A stretch of DNA of 64,000 nt from Balanoglossus misakiensis (taxonomy: Eukaryota; Animalia; Hemichordata): assembly GCA_040954595.2 (NCBI GenBank), contig CM082598.2, positions 3,716,565 to 3,780,564 of the forward strand, read 5' to 3'. Both the position numbers and the translations under genes were made by a program. Shown in pieces: positions 1 to 15,000 of the stretch. The notes beneath the pieces were generated by a model. That model had not been told where the DNA came from and did no database searches. It worked only from the letters and a program-made list of their open reading frames with translations. Each line of letters starts with the position of its first letter. Within the stretch, counting starts at the first letter, position 1.

Positions 1-35
1 GTTCACCTGCGAATTTCCGCAATCATGTCATGTCG

Positions 36-131
36 TTAACCCCCCCCCCCCCCCACACATCACTCTTTAGAGGTCCAACCTTACCATAGAAAACAATGGG
101 TTTGGACTGAACCATGGTGGTGAAAGGGTAA
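36..131 (+). mobile_element. ~90-bp TTAA-CCC MITE family R1 (piggyBac-like ends), copy 1
   Basis: Shares the core ggtccaa..accatagaaaacaatgg..ttggac..aaccatggtggtgaaaggg with the copies at 29851, 61801, 62623 and 63907. Confidence 0.7.
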
Positions 132-1196
132 AACGTTGGGGCATTTGTGTTGGCTTTTTCTTCTGTTTGCACCTTGGGAATTCACAACAACTATTGTCGT
201 GAGACTGGCGCATTGGAGATCAACAACAATGGGGACATATAAAACCACTGACTTCGCTTCATAGCCATCACGTAATCCGAGTAATTTCTCGTCTTAATCG
301 CACAATTAAGATGCACTATACGTATGAAACATAGAGAACGACTATTTTTGATCGGCCATTCAATCTTGGATGCGGTTGTCACCAATCTGTGAGCGGCCAT
401 AGTTAAAAAATTCCATCGGTGACCGTCTACCTACATTATGGTCCAACCGAAGCAATATGTTATCAGATCACAAGCTGAAGTCTCCGACTATTACAATACA
501 ATTTTCAATTTATCAAAATATGTACAAGAGATCAAGGAAGCGAAAATATCACTGAAGATCAAACGAACCTCGCAAAACACCCGAGTCTACGCCTGATTTC
601 AATTCGCTGACAACCTTGGTATGTGGTAAATTAGGGTACGATGGGCTGAACGCCGACATCTTAACGTTTGTCCGACAGATTAGATGTATTTGCTGTGAGA
701 TTGTCGTATCTTTGTGAACATAACATTAAAATGTAACAAGCCGTCAACAAGTTGTTGTACGGCACGATTTTAAATCTCCTTTTTAAACCAGTACTTGCTG
801 TATTTTAGGAAATATCTTACATCGCTTGGTTACGAATCACGGTCGTTAGCAACATTCCATTTTTCCAACATTCGAGGTTTTTTTTTTCGAGAAATGATCC
901 CAAACTCCAAACCAAATGATTCATGGGTAAATGCAACCTGGATCTTCACGCGTGCGTATGACACAACGGATCACCGTTACTTTGCGTTAACAAAGACGTA
1001 AACAAAACTCTTAGAATCCCCAGGTGATCTCAGTAATGGTCTTAAGGTTTTACAGCTTTGAGTAATGATCACCCAAACAATGAAAAGTGATCTTTATGTT
1101 AATAGATTTTCTTTCAGAGTATGTTGTAGACGGCCAACAGCTTTTGTTGTCCGTTCTGTTTGTTACTTGCTGTACAACTCTTAGATTTATATTACA

Positions 1197-1386
1197 GTGT
1201 TAAAAGTTTGCTGTGAAATACTGTTATTCTATACTGTCTACTCGCTGTATGTGTCTGGTTTAGTTTAGGCCCTAGTAATTTATGAATTACGGTGTTAAAA
1301 GTTTGCTGTGAAATACAGTTATTCTATACTGTCTACTCGCTTTGTGTGTCTGGTTTAGATTCTAGTAATTAATGAATCTGTATAGT
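1197..1386. repeat. ~95-bp tandem duplication
   Basis: gtgttaaaagtttgctgtgaaatac..ttattctatactgtctactcgct..gtgtctggtttag at 1197 and 1292. Confidence 0.85.
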
Positions 1387-2300
1387 TTTCAACAATCAGG
1401 GGGACGGAATTGTTTGAAAAACTCGCGGGCGTGGACGGGCGGGCGGACGGTCAGCTCAGGAGAACGGGGACTTAGTCAGAATGCACCGGTGGTTGTTGGA
1501 GGGGTGCAGTGGTTCAAAGTTGCCGGTCAGAATGGTTTTGTTGTGAGCGGTTGTTTTTTGTCGGCCGCCGGGCGCCGGCTTCTCTCAAAACCGCTCACGC
1601 CTCTCGCGGAATACGTCACCACGAAGTTGTTGAAACAAGTTGTTAACAAAACGCTCGGTGGGCGACTTGAGTATCGTATCGAGGTGTTGTAACAAACACT
1701 CGACTGTTTGCCAGCGAAACGCAGGCCGGGACTATAAACACCGTTTGTCAGTACACCTTCTTCGGAAGGGCAGAAATATTTCGAGTGGCGGGGAAATGGC
1801 ACCCGGGGGGAAGAGGGCTCCGCCAATTGTCACGCGGTGAATTGTGCAATATCACACTTTCAACGGCCCTTTTAGTCGTTGATAGGTAATAGCTCCTCAA
1901 CCCATTGTTCCCGAAACATGTATTAAGGTGGATTCATTTATTTGCAAATGTCGCGGGGAGAAAATGGAGTGCTTTGGTGTACACAGCGGTCCCAATTGTG
2001 CGCCGTTCCTGTTTCAATAGAGCGATCGATTTGCGTAACATCAGCCAACAATGCGGGGCCCAGACTCCGCTGGGGGCTGTTAAGTTGCTCGTAGCACCTG
2101 ACAACGGCACTCGACCCTTGGCGCGGCGGCAGGTTGGCACTGGGGCCGGCGGCCGCACACGACGGGACGGTACGCGCACATCGGGGAGACTAACGACGAC
2201 AACGCCGACGGTGGATTTGCTGAGTCCGCCGTGACACCGACGCTAAAGCGGACGGGAATTTTGCTACGAGTTATCGCCGGCGACACACATATTGGCCAAA

Positions 2301-5300
2301 ATGAACGCGGTCAGTTTTCAACAGGTAGGCGCCGAAAACACAGTGTGCGAGGCTTAATGTCATAATTAGTTATACAAGTATAAAACCCGTAACGAACGAA
2401 AGAAAGCGGTGTTTTATTACATCTGTTCTTCAACTATTCAACGCGTGCTTTCCGAAATAACCATGAATAGGCGAACTGAAATTTGACGAAGCTTGGTCGG
2501 TCAACTCTGAAATTGGACCATCCGGGACGGTATTTTCCCGTAATTTCATGGTCAAAGATACTATAAACACCAGTGTATGGCTCAAGAAGTACAATATAAA
2601 CTATATATAATAGCGTAAGCATATTTCCCTGAGAAATATGCTTAGTATTACAGTTGTTTCGCACAAACCGCAGGCGTGTGCATACAAAACGTGGGACAGC
2701 TTTCTGGCCTTCGAGTGGTTGGCCTGGACCGATATACATTCAATGGTTGCTAGCTAGTGCACATGGATTTGCGGTGGGCAAAGCCTTCGAGGAGTTGAAG
2801 TCAATCTTCAACTCGTATACATGTGCATGTACATCCCCTTGAAAGCGTCACATCAGCTGCCTCCGGTGCGGACGTGCACGCACGTTCCCGGTCAGGTTGG
2901 GGAGGGGTGTATAGGTGACAAGACTGGTAAAACTTTAATTTCTGAATTCAATTATTCAGACGGAGGCATACCTGCTTCCAACGTAACGCGGTAACTGCGT
3001 CATCGTGCGTTATCTACGTCACGACAAAAGTTTGCGTAATGTACCGACTCTTATTAAATTTGGAAAACACATATTACAGCCATTGATCATCTTGACTGTC
3101 AGTGTTTTTTTTCACGAGACTACCATACTTTCTGAGAATACTATCCCACCCGGTCACTGTTGCGGTGTTAGTTTTCGTGTAGCACGTTCTTTATCGATTT
3201 GTTTCTACGGGGTTTTGAACAAAAAGGAAAACCAGGTAACGGGTCTAAAGGTAGAAATCGATAAAACGGGAACAGAATAGAAGCACATATCGAATTAGTA
3301 CATTCTCTGACAGCTTTTCTTTTATGAATAATGTTTTGATAGCACAAAAGCGCACCGTTCGTCTGCTTCACAAAGATCAACCAAATATTTAGCTGGTGTA
3401 TTTATTTTGGCTAGTTTTAATATCGGATATTTTCGGAAATCGAAGTTCGCCGAGAAAACGAGGTGGAACACGGTTTTCGTGACGGTAGGTTTGAACGGTT
3501 TTGTACAACTATTTGCCACAAGAGGAAATATCCGGACAGTCAGATATCAAAATAGTAACAAATGCCAAATTTATCACTCGTCAAATATGTGTGAGACACA
3601 AAGCGAGCTTCGTGCTAGGCGACCAAACCACATTTCGAAGCTTGCCTGCATCACGCGTGCTGCCACCATTCCTCACTTGAATCTGATTCCGAAGCGTCCT
3701 TTGATTGCGGACTGCTTCTGCTACGATTCAGAGTACAGCGATTCCGCTGGTATTTTCCTTTGCTGCGCGCGACACTCAGTTGCCGAAGCAATTAAGCAAT
3801 GATGCAAAACTATTGACGCAGGACAGACGATTCGCATATGTTTTTTTTATCTGGGGTGTCTTTACATCATTGCGACAGCGTGTTTGCTTTTTATGCAATT
3901 CAGACATGCAAATATTTACCTTAAACAACTCTGAGTCACGAGTCTGTAGTATTGACTACCGATTGCAAACAACTGCCCAAAGAAATCCAAACAAACGACC
4001 CAAATAAATTCAAACATATTCCGTCTAAGTGTATGTATTTAACTGAGGCCGAATCGGTTTATTGTTTAAATTGATATTATGGAAATAGTTTCGTTTCAAT
4101 GCTTTCAAAAGGTACGTGTAGTTCTATCGCTACAGTCGTATCTCTACCGACCAGCCGGTACCAAACCATACACTTTCCTCCAGTAATGAATGGTACTACA
4201 GCGTTTTAATATTCACAATATTGCAATTTTCTGACTAGTATATTTATTTCTTCATAGGTGTATAACCCTGCCAGTGATGGCGCCCGCAGGCGAGGAAAAC
4301 GCAGAATGATCGTAACAAGGAGCAGGTTGACACCTAAAACGAGGCTGAGGCGAGATCTCAGTCCTCGAAGACTGGCCGGTTCGCCGAGCACTCCCAGATC
4401 TCGCGAGAAGCTGAACTCGTGCCGTGGCCGAGTGCAAGTGTTCATGTTGGACAAGAGTCTGCCAAACGAGATGAGGACTCCGCCACCGGCAACCCCGAGG
4501 CAGGCGTCCGACAATTTTCACCTACCTCAAGTTTTTCTCACCCAGGACAGAGAGGGCGATCAACCGAGGCGGCCTGCGACTACGATTCCGGAAATCAGGG
4601 TCCGGCGAACGAGCAGCGACTCGGAAATTGACGACAGTGAACTGCAAGTGAGGGCCATAGATCTGGTTGCCATGGCGAACGACGAGCACAGGAGTTCGTC
4701 GTCCATGACTAGACATAGACTGGTCCAGAGTATGTCCGAAATTGACCGGTATACGCCGATGGCCAGGCCGCACACTGTTGCGGTCAGCGAGCGAATCATG
4801 GAGAACCGACTGATGAACTTGAAATACAAGCAATACCCGTGCATTCGGGCGGAGAGCATTCTGAACGAGGAGCTCACCGCGCGAATCAACAACCTCTCCC
4901 GGGAGTGCTGTGACGTGTTCGGGCCCAACATTTGCCAGGAGTGCAAGAAGATCTACCAGAGGAACGAGAACTGCGTGAAGAACGAGTCCTTCTTTCCCAG
5001 CATCACCATCTCGACCACGTCGATATCGACCCTGACGTTGGCCCGCCGCTACATGCCCAACTGTTCGCCCTGGGAACTGCAGCGGATGATCGCGGAGGGA
5101 GACATCGGGGAACTGGAAGTGAAACGGGACAAGAGGCTGGACAAGGCGCGGGAATTCGGCGCCACGGTGGAAGAAGCGGCTCCCGACTTCAGCAGACGCG
5201 CGAGGCGGATAAGCGCCTTCAATGTCCCGGACAAGCAGCGATTCTTCAGTTCCATCGCCGACTTGCGGACTCAAATGGAGGCGCTGAAACGCGGGAGGCG

Positions 5301-5946
5301 GGGGAGACGGCGCGCGGTGGTTACCATGACAGACGATGACGACACGCCCGGACATATACCCCAAGAAATCGACATAGAACCCGTGTACGATAAGGAGAAA
5401 CACGACGAGAGACTGGGACCGCCGTTGATGACGTGCGAGGAAATGGTATACCAACACAACCAGCCCAGATTTTACGCGGGCACCAAATTTGAATACGAAC
5501 TGCCTAAACCGCCCCCTATGGCAGAACTCATCGAACGCGCCACGGCGGCCATGACGCTGATGGAGGATAACAAATCCGCGCCACTTGATGCCGCAGACGC
5601 GCTGGCGCGCAATCCCGAGATAGAGGCTTGGAGAAAAGCGCGCCAGGAGTACGAGAAGGAAAAGAGAGCGAAGGCGAACGCACTGAAGGAAACCCCTAAA
5701 CCTAAAATTGAACAGAACAGTAGCGATGAATCCGAGTCGGAAGATGAATCAGAAACAGACAAAAATCGACTTATAGAAAGCGAAAACAGCCAACTTGATG
5801 CCAAAACTAATGACAATCCCATCAGTGACGTCACGATCAAAAATGGCCTGATCAAGCCTCTCGCCAGAGAGGGCAAGAGTGCCAGAAAACGATCTGTTGT
5901 CATTCAGCCAATCTTAGAAGAAGAGACTGAGGAGTCAGACTCGTGA
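2301..5946 (+). CDS. Orphan gene A, ~570 aa, mostly disordered, 2 coding exons (2301-2324, 4258-5946)
   Basis: The 562-codon ORF begins right after a polypyrimidine/AG acceptor (tttatttcttcatag|4258). The upstream exon ATG AAC GCG GTC AGT TTT CAA CAG|gtaggc (MNAVSFQQ) is phase 0 and joins in frame. The promoter region ~1420-2330 is GC/CpG-rich. AATAAA at 6544. The protein has a Cys-containing core (CCDVFGPNICQEC) and an acidic tail. No family recognised. Confidence 0.8.
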
Positions 5947-6120
5947 CCAATCACATAACACGACAGAGAAAGTACTTGTGCTTCTGTTGTGCCTAATGTA
6001 GTTGCAATCATCTTTCCATCCCAAGAACAATCTACATAGACATAATTTATCGTTAACACGGACTGAATCTGTGGCTGAAAATGTGTTAGAAAGTAACGAC
6101 ACATTGTCATTGCCAAGATG

Positions 6121-6380
6121 TACAATGTAATACAAAGTAACAACCCTATTGTTTGCAATGATGTACATTGTAGCAGTTACACTACAATGTAATACAAAGT
6201 AACAACCCTATTGTTTGCAATGATGTACATTGTAGCAGTTTCACTACAGTGTAATACAAAGTAACAACCCTATTGTTTGCAATGATCTACATTGTAGCAG
6301 TTACACTACAGTGTACTACAAAGTAACAACCACATTGTTTGCAATGATATACATTGTAGCAGTTTCAATTGTTTGCAATT
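6121..6380. repeat. 62-bp tandem repeat (~4 units) in the gene A 3' region
   Basis: Units tacaatgtaatacaaagtaacaaccctattgtttgcaatgatgtacattgtagcagttacac start at 6121, 6183, 6245 and 6307. Confidence 0.9.
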
Positions 6381-8680
6381 TGCGTGCTTTGTTTTCTAAA
6401 TAATACATAATGTCCTGTTATTATTCAGCGAAAATGTACATTAACCATTTCAAAGCATTTGGCAATCTCTCCTGCATTTGGATAGCCCGCGCTATCATCA
6501 GGATCTAATGTCATTTACAATAGTTAAAATAATATGTTTTTGCAATAAAGTAATATTTATTTTACCTTTATCTTGTATACTATTTGTTTAGAAGGGTTAT
6601 GGCATCGAGAAATTATTTTTTTTCCCGAGGGACGCCGCCAAAAATATGTTTGTCGTTGGAAAACAAAATAAATGTTACGGTTTGTTCTCTGAGGGCGCTT
6701 CACCCATACCCCAGTAAGAGTGAATGACTATAACTGTCTATGCAACCTGTGATTTAAATCATATTAGACCTTAGACTGTAAATTCTCGATGACAAGTACT
6801 GACTGTCCGAACATGTCAGAGGATGTCGCGCAACAAAAGACAGATTTTGAGGAAATATTTGGGGAAAAATAGTCGTTAACAACTTACTACACTGACCTTC
6901 AATCACTAAAGTGTACCTGAAATGAACTGGTACAATACAATGCATTGAATTCTATTGAAACCAGGTCTGATATAAATGCAAACCTTTTAGTCCTAACCGA
7001 TCACTATCTCTCATTTTTCGTTGTATCACATGATCGCAGCACAACAGTGTATTGTAGTCAAAGGTCACCGGGGTCATGACCCCAATTGAAAGCTAATTAA
7101 CACGGGGATATGCACGCCTTTGATCGGTGGATAAAAGCTCCATCAAACGGACGAATTCTTCTAATAGGACAACTATTGGCGATGCGGTGAACCTGTCAGG
7201 TCGTTTTGGATTACCCTTTAAAATTAAATTCCGTGGAATCTGGGGTTGGAATGCTTATAATTGAAACGTGTCGACGTCTCCGTCCGCGCTTATGTAGGAA
7301 GATCACAGCGTAAATGTTCCCGGGAAAGCAAGGTTGTTCAACATGAAGACCTCTGAGAACCTTTGACGGACGGCACCCTGTCTTGACCGTCGTGACGACG
7401 GCGACCGTTCGACGAAGAGTAAGAATTGTGCTATTTAAGCGTTGTCTCAATTTTCAGGTAAGGAACTATGCATTGTGGTTATGTACTGTCGTAGTTTATT
7501 GTGACCTCCCTGGCTAAAATATGCACGCAAACTGAACGTGCCATTTTCTCAGCTACAAAGAAAAACTGTCCGATTTTAAACCAGTTTTTGACAAGAACGC
7601 ATTCTCAATTTAACGAGCGCCATTGTTATCGCTGTGAGTGACCAAGGACATCTTCTCTCAAGGATACAAGATGTTCGCTATCTGTCCCCAGTTTAATTAT
7701 GTAAGGCGACACTACTTCACGACACTACAGGTGTTGCTGAATGAAATCCTCCACAGCTCATGCAGAGGGATTACATTATGGTAAGGTGACTACAGAATAC
7801 ACAATTTCTTTGATGAACATATCAAAGCGCCTTCGGTTAAGGGATATACCATTCTATCGTTTCTATACACAATAACGATAGGACTATTCTCAAGAGAATT
7901 AAACAATGCTACAGTCGAGATAACACCAACAGAAGGCGTTTGAGAAATATTCAGGCCCATTTTGGAAACCTATTTTTGAAGAATTGTTTACAACTTGGTG
8001 CCCCAGTAAATAAACAGCTTCGTCAGTTTTTATCGTTGGACTTTGTGATCGAAGCTATAACAATAGCGATTGATTGATTTAACAGGACAGTTAAATTCAC
8101 CGGTATACAGTAAATTAATTGGCGGTGGACTTTGAATTCAGTTGTAAATTTGGTTCGGTCATAGAAACTGGCGTGTTGTACAAAATTCCAGGCTGTAAAA
8201 ACCATTCCAACGCTATTTACAGTGTACTCTATATCTTTGTTGTTGTCGGCGAGTAGGTTCGAAGCGATTGCCTACCACAAACGTGCTGTGACGTAGAGCC
8301 GGCTGCACTTTTACGAAAATATGTTTTTAGGTGAACCTTATCCTCTATTTGTTCCAGGCTTTTGGCGGCAAATAATTCTCGAAGTGAACTTTCTTGGTGC
8401 AAGTTTCTCCACCATAAATACTGAGTATATAAAATAATATTGAAACGTGTATTTCTAATGCAACACGAAATCCCGAGAAACGTCACGCGTTATTAAAATC
8501 TCGATCAATCCATTTCTGGGTGATTTATCTTGACAGGAAAACATTGATTGACCCGAAATAGCATGTCCTATTAGAGTAGTCGATCAAGTAATTGTTTCCG
8601 ATGTCAATATTGTTCGAGATTTCATTTCCTGTCGTTGCTAGGTGTGTTGACAAGTGGCAGAATGGGACTATATCAGCAGC

Positions 8681-9006
8681 TTAAAGGGACTAAGTCTCTC
8701 TCTCGCTGACACCGTTTATGTTATTCTTCATGTGGATATATAGTGAATCAATATTGGACCACACCCAACTTCCATCCCGTTTGTAGGATTTGAGAGTAAA
8801 AATCTCGCCAAAATGAATAATGGTAAAGACCGATTACTCATTTTGGTGAGTTTTTTTTAATCTTGTGTCTACAAGCGGGATGGAAGGTGTGTGTGGTTGA
8901 ACGTTGATTCACTATATATCCACATTTAGAATAACATAAACTGTGTCTTGTATCAAACATAATTAATGATAAAAGGCAGCGAGAGAGAGAGACTTTGTCC
9001 CTTTAA
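8681..9006. mobile_element. ~325-bp long-hairpin MITE with TTAA-AGGG ends (Kolobok-like)
   Basis: ttaaagggactaagtctctctctcgctg ... cagcgagagagagagactttgtccctttaa. The internal arms are also complementary (tgtggatatatagtgaatcaa / ttgattcactatatatccaca). Confidence 0.75.
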
Positions 9007-12000
9007 AACCCACCAAATTCCCTATAAATTGTCATCATCTATCATCTACTACTAGTATGAGTATTCAAAAGGGTCTAAGACCTCTGTAACACCTTCTTTC
9101 GCGTGCTTATTAATGCATTCACTTTGAGACCACACCCATTTCATTCACTTTACATAATAACCATACTGGCTACCAAAGTCATAGGTGAAATCGTTTTATA
9201 TATTGATCAAGTATCTACAGGTACTACGCTACCTGTAGGGATCTTTTCATTTTTTCTCTCGTCATTATTATCAGTTTTCTAAGCTGACAATGGTTTAGTA
9301 TTCAAGTGTAAAGACCTTATTTCACTGTTGCTGACGCATTATATGCAGGTCGGTTTGTCTTTTCTTCGTATTCTTTCATTTTGCTTTGAGAAAGCTCACA
9401 ATACTGTTACAGCCGGCCCACTGACGAGCAGGGGCGTCCATGATGGCTTCTTGGTAGTTCCGTATGATACAGAGAGTTAGATATAGGGAGTTATACAATA
9501 AACTGTTTATCACAATTGCGAAAGAAACATCACAACTTTGCATTCAATTTGTGATCATATTCTCTCGCTTCCTGAACCCATCGTGATGACGTTGCTCCGG
9601 GCTACTCGGGACATGCGCATTACCGATTATATTAAAAACGAAACACATGTATACTGGAGATTATATAGTGCTTAGCCGCCATGGCTACGACCGCTAACAG
9701 CAAATTAACGTCAGTTACGCGACGTTGCCACGAAACCACCCCACGGGTTGGGGAATCTTGGTATTTTCGAGGGACTTTACTCTGTTGCTTATTAAGGGCG
9801 AAAAAAAAATTATTAACTTTGCATGATTATTTCTGACGCGGCAACCGTACCCGACGTACGGTATTAAACTATTGCATTTCGTTTTTTTTTTTGTGTTATT
9901 TCAGTATTTCCCGAGTGTTCAAGTCAAATTTTATTTTCTCTCCCAAATTTCATTATATCGAAAATGCGAAGGTAATAATACAATATTGCATAGGAATACA
10001 ATGATTGGTTTTATATGATAATTTTTTTCTCTGACGGAATTTGCAATTTTGCCTTGATGCTAGATGCATATTAAAATTTTAAACTTATGTGTTAACCGAA
10101 AAAGATCGAGCTTTTAAAAAATGACGAGTAAATAATTCACATAAAACTAGCAAGGGGATAGAAATTTCGGGAGAAAAACATGAAAAGCTCTATTACTTCT
10201 GAATATCACAAAGCAATCCTGCAGATTAACAAAGACTAGATTGTTCCATACATATTTTATTCAGTTCACGGATTAAAATTTAATAATGGTACGTTCCTCT
10301 TGTCGTGGTTTTCAACGATATTACAGCTGAAATTATGACAGTAGAAAAAAAGCTTTTGAAATTCGGTGACCTTTAAGATATCTGAAATGAATTACAATCA
10401 TCATCGGAACGAAATAGACTCTGTCACATGACCGGTGTCTTATCAGCTAACGCTAGACAATAATTCGGATTATCCGAGACAATATTATTTCCGACGCGGG
10501 AAGACACGTCTCGAAGGAGCACCGATCGTGTTTATTGATACTTAAAGTCGCGTTGTCATGGTAACGCTTGATTAGATATTTCAGGGGTGGGGGATGTCGT
10601 GCGTGCGTAAGCCGCGTGATCGCGATGATTAAAGAGGTCTTTCTCGCTTGTCAAAGCTGCCGCACGCATCATCATCGCGTATCTCAACCATCACAGTCTC
10701 TCCCAACTCGCCATTTGTGAGGATTCGTCTCGTTGTTCTCCGGGGGCGTTGCTGCGCAACCACGTGACGTTTCTGTGTCGTTGTTGTCTCTCGTTCGAGC
10801 CAGGCCGTGGGATTAGATTGATTGGAATCGACTGGCAAGGAAATCATTAGCGTGTGCTTAATTTCATTTGGTAATTTTTATCGTTGTATCGCACAGCTCA
10901 TCAATTTCCATCTATCACTCAGTCCTGGTTCACTCAGGTATGTTAAGCTACCCTACGTTGTATATATTGACATTTTCCCCGGAAATATTTGTCACCTTCC
11001 GTACCCTTCGCTTTACACACAACATATGCCATGGTCTTACAATTGTATGCAAACAGGCTGTGATTAACATAATTGATTAATCGACACACCGAATGTCCTC
11101 TATCCTCTATTGTCTATGGAGTATTCTTAGACACAGCCACTCATTTCAAAAACGCATCCACCTAATCTGCATATGCAAATGTGGATGTTAAAGTCCACAT
11201 ACAGCGACAAGACTGATGTTTCACGACTGTTTGTGTTCTCTGGCATTTGCACCATCTGTGATGGGTTTAAATCTCATACACGAAATATTCCAGTAACTCT
11301 GATAAATCGTTTTACTAGAAATGCCAGTGAAAGATGACATAGGTATTAATTATGCTTCACCATGGCAACGACACGCGTCATCCTTAAAATTTCAAAATGC
11401 CCTTGCTTATTCATATGTGGCTAATGCCAAGGCTCTTACAAAACTATGATGCATAGAATTTGGGTACAGATGTAACTCAGAACTAAAGACTCGACATATG
11501 CGAGCACAGAACGCAAAAAAACGGTTTCTGGAGACTAAATCAGTCACAGAAAAACTATCATTTAAGATATTATTTTAAGGAAAATGATTTGAGTCCGCCA
11601 ATGACTACCTCGCTTGAATGTTACAACTTAAGTTCGTCAAGCTGTAGAAGTGTATATGAAAAATGAAGTAAGAACTTACGAAAGCCACGGTAAAAGATTA
11701 ATAAACTATTTCATTTTGACCTTTCCATGTACAAACTACTAGTAAATTGGTAAATTTGTAGAAAAAAACTGTCTTGTATACACATTCAACAACTCAATAT
11801 GAAAACGATACTAACGCTGAATTGTGACTGACAACACGCCTTCGCTACAATTGAAAAATTCAGTCATGCGCGTTAATGGGTATTCGAGTTTCTTATTTTG
11901 GTGGGCACAGTTGTCACCATGGTTACGTAATTCCGATATTGCAAAGATGTATTTAATAATTTACTGCACAATTTTTATGTCTACATTGTGAATACCATTC

Positions 12001-15000
12001 GCCTTGTCGACCGAGGGGTAAAATCTGTTTACGCATGCGCCACATCAGTTAATGAAATGAACTCATCCAAACCTATTATACAAAATAGCGATATTTTTCT
12101 TGCATTATTACTGTTGCCACGGCAACAACGTGGAATGCATCGTCAATGAAATTACCGAAATAAACGACGTGGGGACATAATGCAAAATGTATTTGTCAGT
12201 TTATATTTGTCATTTTAAATCTCAATTCTATTAAGACTTGGTAAACTTCGAAAAGTGCAGTGGTATTGATGATTTTATGTACAAGACAAATATGATTGTT
12301 GAACTGCATAGGTTTGCTGTAGAATAAGTGATTGCTATGTCCGGGATACTGACCGTAAAATGATTAAGTCTATCAACGAATAAACAAACAAACAAAAAGG
12401 TAATCGTTTTAAATCCTTAGCACCATCTTTATCAATCGTGTTCCCGGGATTGCATCTTTATTGGGTGAGATAGGAAAATAGATTTCGATAAGATTCAATT
12501 AATCTGTCGTTTTCGTAACCTACGCGTCATTTATTTATAGTTTGTTCGATATGTTATCGTATTACTGCGGGGGGGGGGGGTTTAAAAACAAACAATACTA
12601 CAGTATTTAATCCAAAAGATGCAATTGGCCTTATAAACTGCGCATGCGGATGGTTATTCCCGCCTTTATTTCGCGAATGACAAGAAGATTTTTCCATCTA
12701 CGTTTTGAGTTCGTCTCCACTTCGGTTAGATCGGTGAACGTCGCTCGTTAACGAGCGCGTAACAATTGTGCTAGTCCGTAACCAAACGAGCTATTGTCAA
12801 AGCCAATGCGATTGTTTGCAATTACAAACAATCGCGAGAAGCCATCAAAATTGCATAACACGGTTGGAATAGGTCACCTATAAACCCCGTTCAACAACAC
12901 GCTGACAAGATGGAACCCTTCAGAAGACAGGTAGGATTTTGTTTCTGATGTTAAAATACCAGTTTAATGGAAGGTGCGAATCTCCCGAGATCTCACTGAC
13001 GGGCGCGAATGACAGCGAGCTCCGAGACGCGTCCTTGTCATCACTAACCAAAGAAGGATGGATTTGTTTGATTTTGTTCAGGTACCGTCTGTAGACTTAG
13101 ATTTTAATGTCATCCTGCTGTTTGTTTAGTACTCACCAAAGCCAAGCCCACTCAAGACGAGAATAGTTTCCTCGACGCGGTTCTAAAAAAAAACAGTTCC
13201 TTCAGACAACCTGTGTACTTTTCTCTTAGATGAAAACAGTCATTCATTACTGTTCAAATATTTTAGATTAGAAAATGTACTGTGTTTGACAGAGGGCTTC
13301 TGTCAAATTCAACAACACCTCTGTGGAAAGCATGGCTTTATCAACCCTGTTGCTTTAAAGTCTTTTGTCGATATTCTGATATGTTTGTGTTAATTTTAAA
13401 TCAGACAAGTTATTTCTCTGTTCGACTGTGCTGTATATAGATGCCTTGGTCACAGTTACCTATCACAAATTTTCGTTTGGAGGCTCACGCGAAAACAGTA
13501 TGCCACCAAATGGCCATCATATGCCGTAATATGCCCTTGTAACTATATATGGGCATATTTAAATTAGAGGTGATTGTATCCCTTTAATACATGACGAGTA
13601 TTGATTGTTAGAGTTCTGAAACAGTGTACCTAACCCTTCTTGTCGATATGACAAAACGTTTTCATTGAATACTTTGGGTCCACAAAATAAACTTTAAAAT
13701 AAAGTATATTAAAATCAGACTATAATCTTTATGATTGGCCTGCGAGGGTTGAATGTACAGACGCAACAAAATTACATTATTTAGCGTCATTTAGCTATAT
13801 AAGTTGTAATTTCTTTTTAAATACGTTGATTTGACAGTATAAACGACTATATGATGTAAAAATGTTGGGTGGCAGAATAGTAGAGCATCGTTTTAATTTT
13901 GACCACGAGTGACAGGCTACGCGTAAGCAATCTACCGTGAAATTGTTGTCAAAACATTAACAGAGACACAGTTCTGACGCATGCGCCTTTGAGGACAGTG
14001 TCGCTTTAAAGCTGGGTAGACGGTTGACCAAGTTCAAAGCTTCTCCAAACAGATCTGTACACAGTAGCATTAGAGTCAGTTGTAAATGACTACCTCTAGA
14101 CTATCATGGCAACTAAAACAGAAACCAGGCATTTTGTTCGTTTCCAAGGAAAAGACACCCAAAAATACACTCGAGGAACTTGACATAACTTCAAAATATG
14201 ATCACACAAGTTTCAACATTTGTAAATCAGTAAATGTCCTTGTGGTACCACAATAAAGCGAAAACCTAGAGATCGATGCGAAATATTTGATATACGGTAC
14301 TGGAATGTACATTTAATTGAGTTCGGGTGCCTACACTCTGGTAGCTAACACACTCCCGGTAAAGTCTATATACACAGCCACCATAGCTATGTCGCCAGGT
14401 ATGGCGTTGTGATGTGCCGCGTTTTCCAAGTAACTTAGGAATGGGTAGGGCAATGTTTTAAGAGTTCAGTCCGCCGAATCGATGGGACATCTTTCTTTTA
14501 AAATTTGCTTGAAAGTTTCGCGACATGTTGAGTCAGTATGAGATTTACCGTTTTTCACAGAGTTAGTAATTGCTCTGTACCGTAACATATTGATTCGATT
14601 GACACCTCTCACCCCTATTCGATATAATGGGATATCCCAGTACCTTGACTTGACTTGTAGCAACGGACAAATGCAAAGCATACTCGAAGTGTACTATGAT
14701 ACGGTAACAATTATTGGTCCTGTGTGTGTGATGATTATCACAGCACATTATTACAGCGATTGTGGAGTGACCGACTATATAGAAGGACCGACTCGGGCCA
14801 GCGAGTCGGGGGTATTTTCCTCCTCGCTCTCGGGTGACCCTTATTCTGTCCTCAAGTGGTCGGTGCACAGGTAAGACGTACAACCCTCCGAGAAGTATAC
14901 AGGTGTTACTTTTAACCGCGGTTGACAGGCCGATGTTACTGGCCCCCACGGTCTGGTTTTCGCATTTCAGACCTGCATAGACACTATGTACAATCTCATG

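Noticed and set aside
4522-5903. Long antisense ORFs over gene A (and similar ones over B, C, D and GAL3ST)
   Set aside because: These are shadow frames expected from GC3-biased coding sequence. They have no splice signals or recognisable products.
14590-14874. 94-aa ORF upstream of gene B
   Set aside because: It has a non-ATG start and no coding signature. It is better explained as a non-coding 5' exon ending at the donor at 14870.
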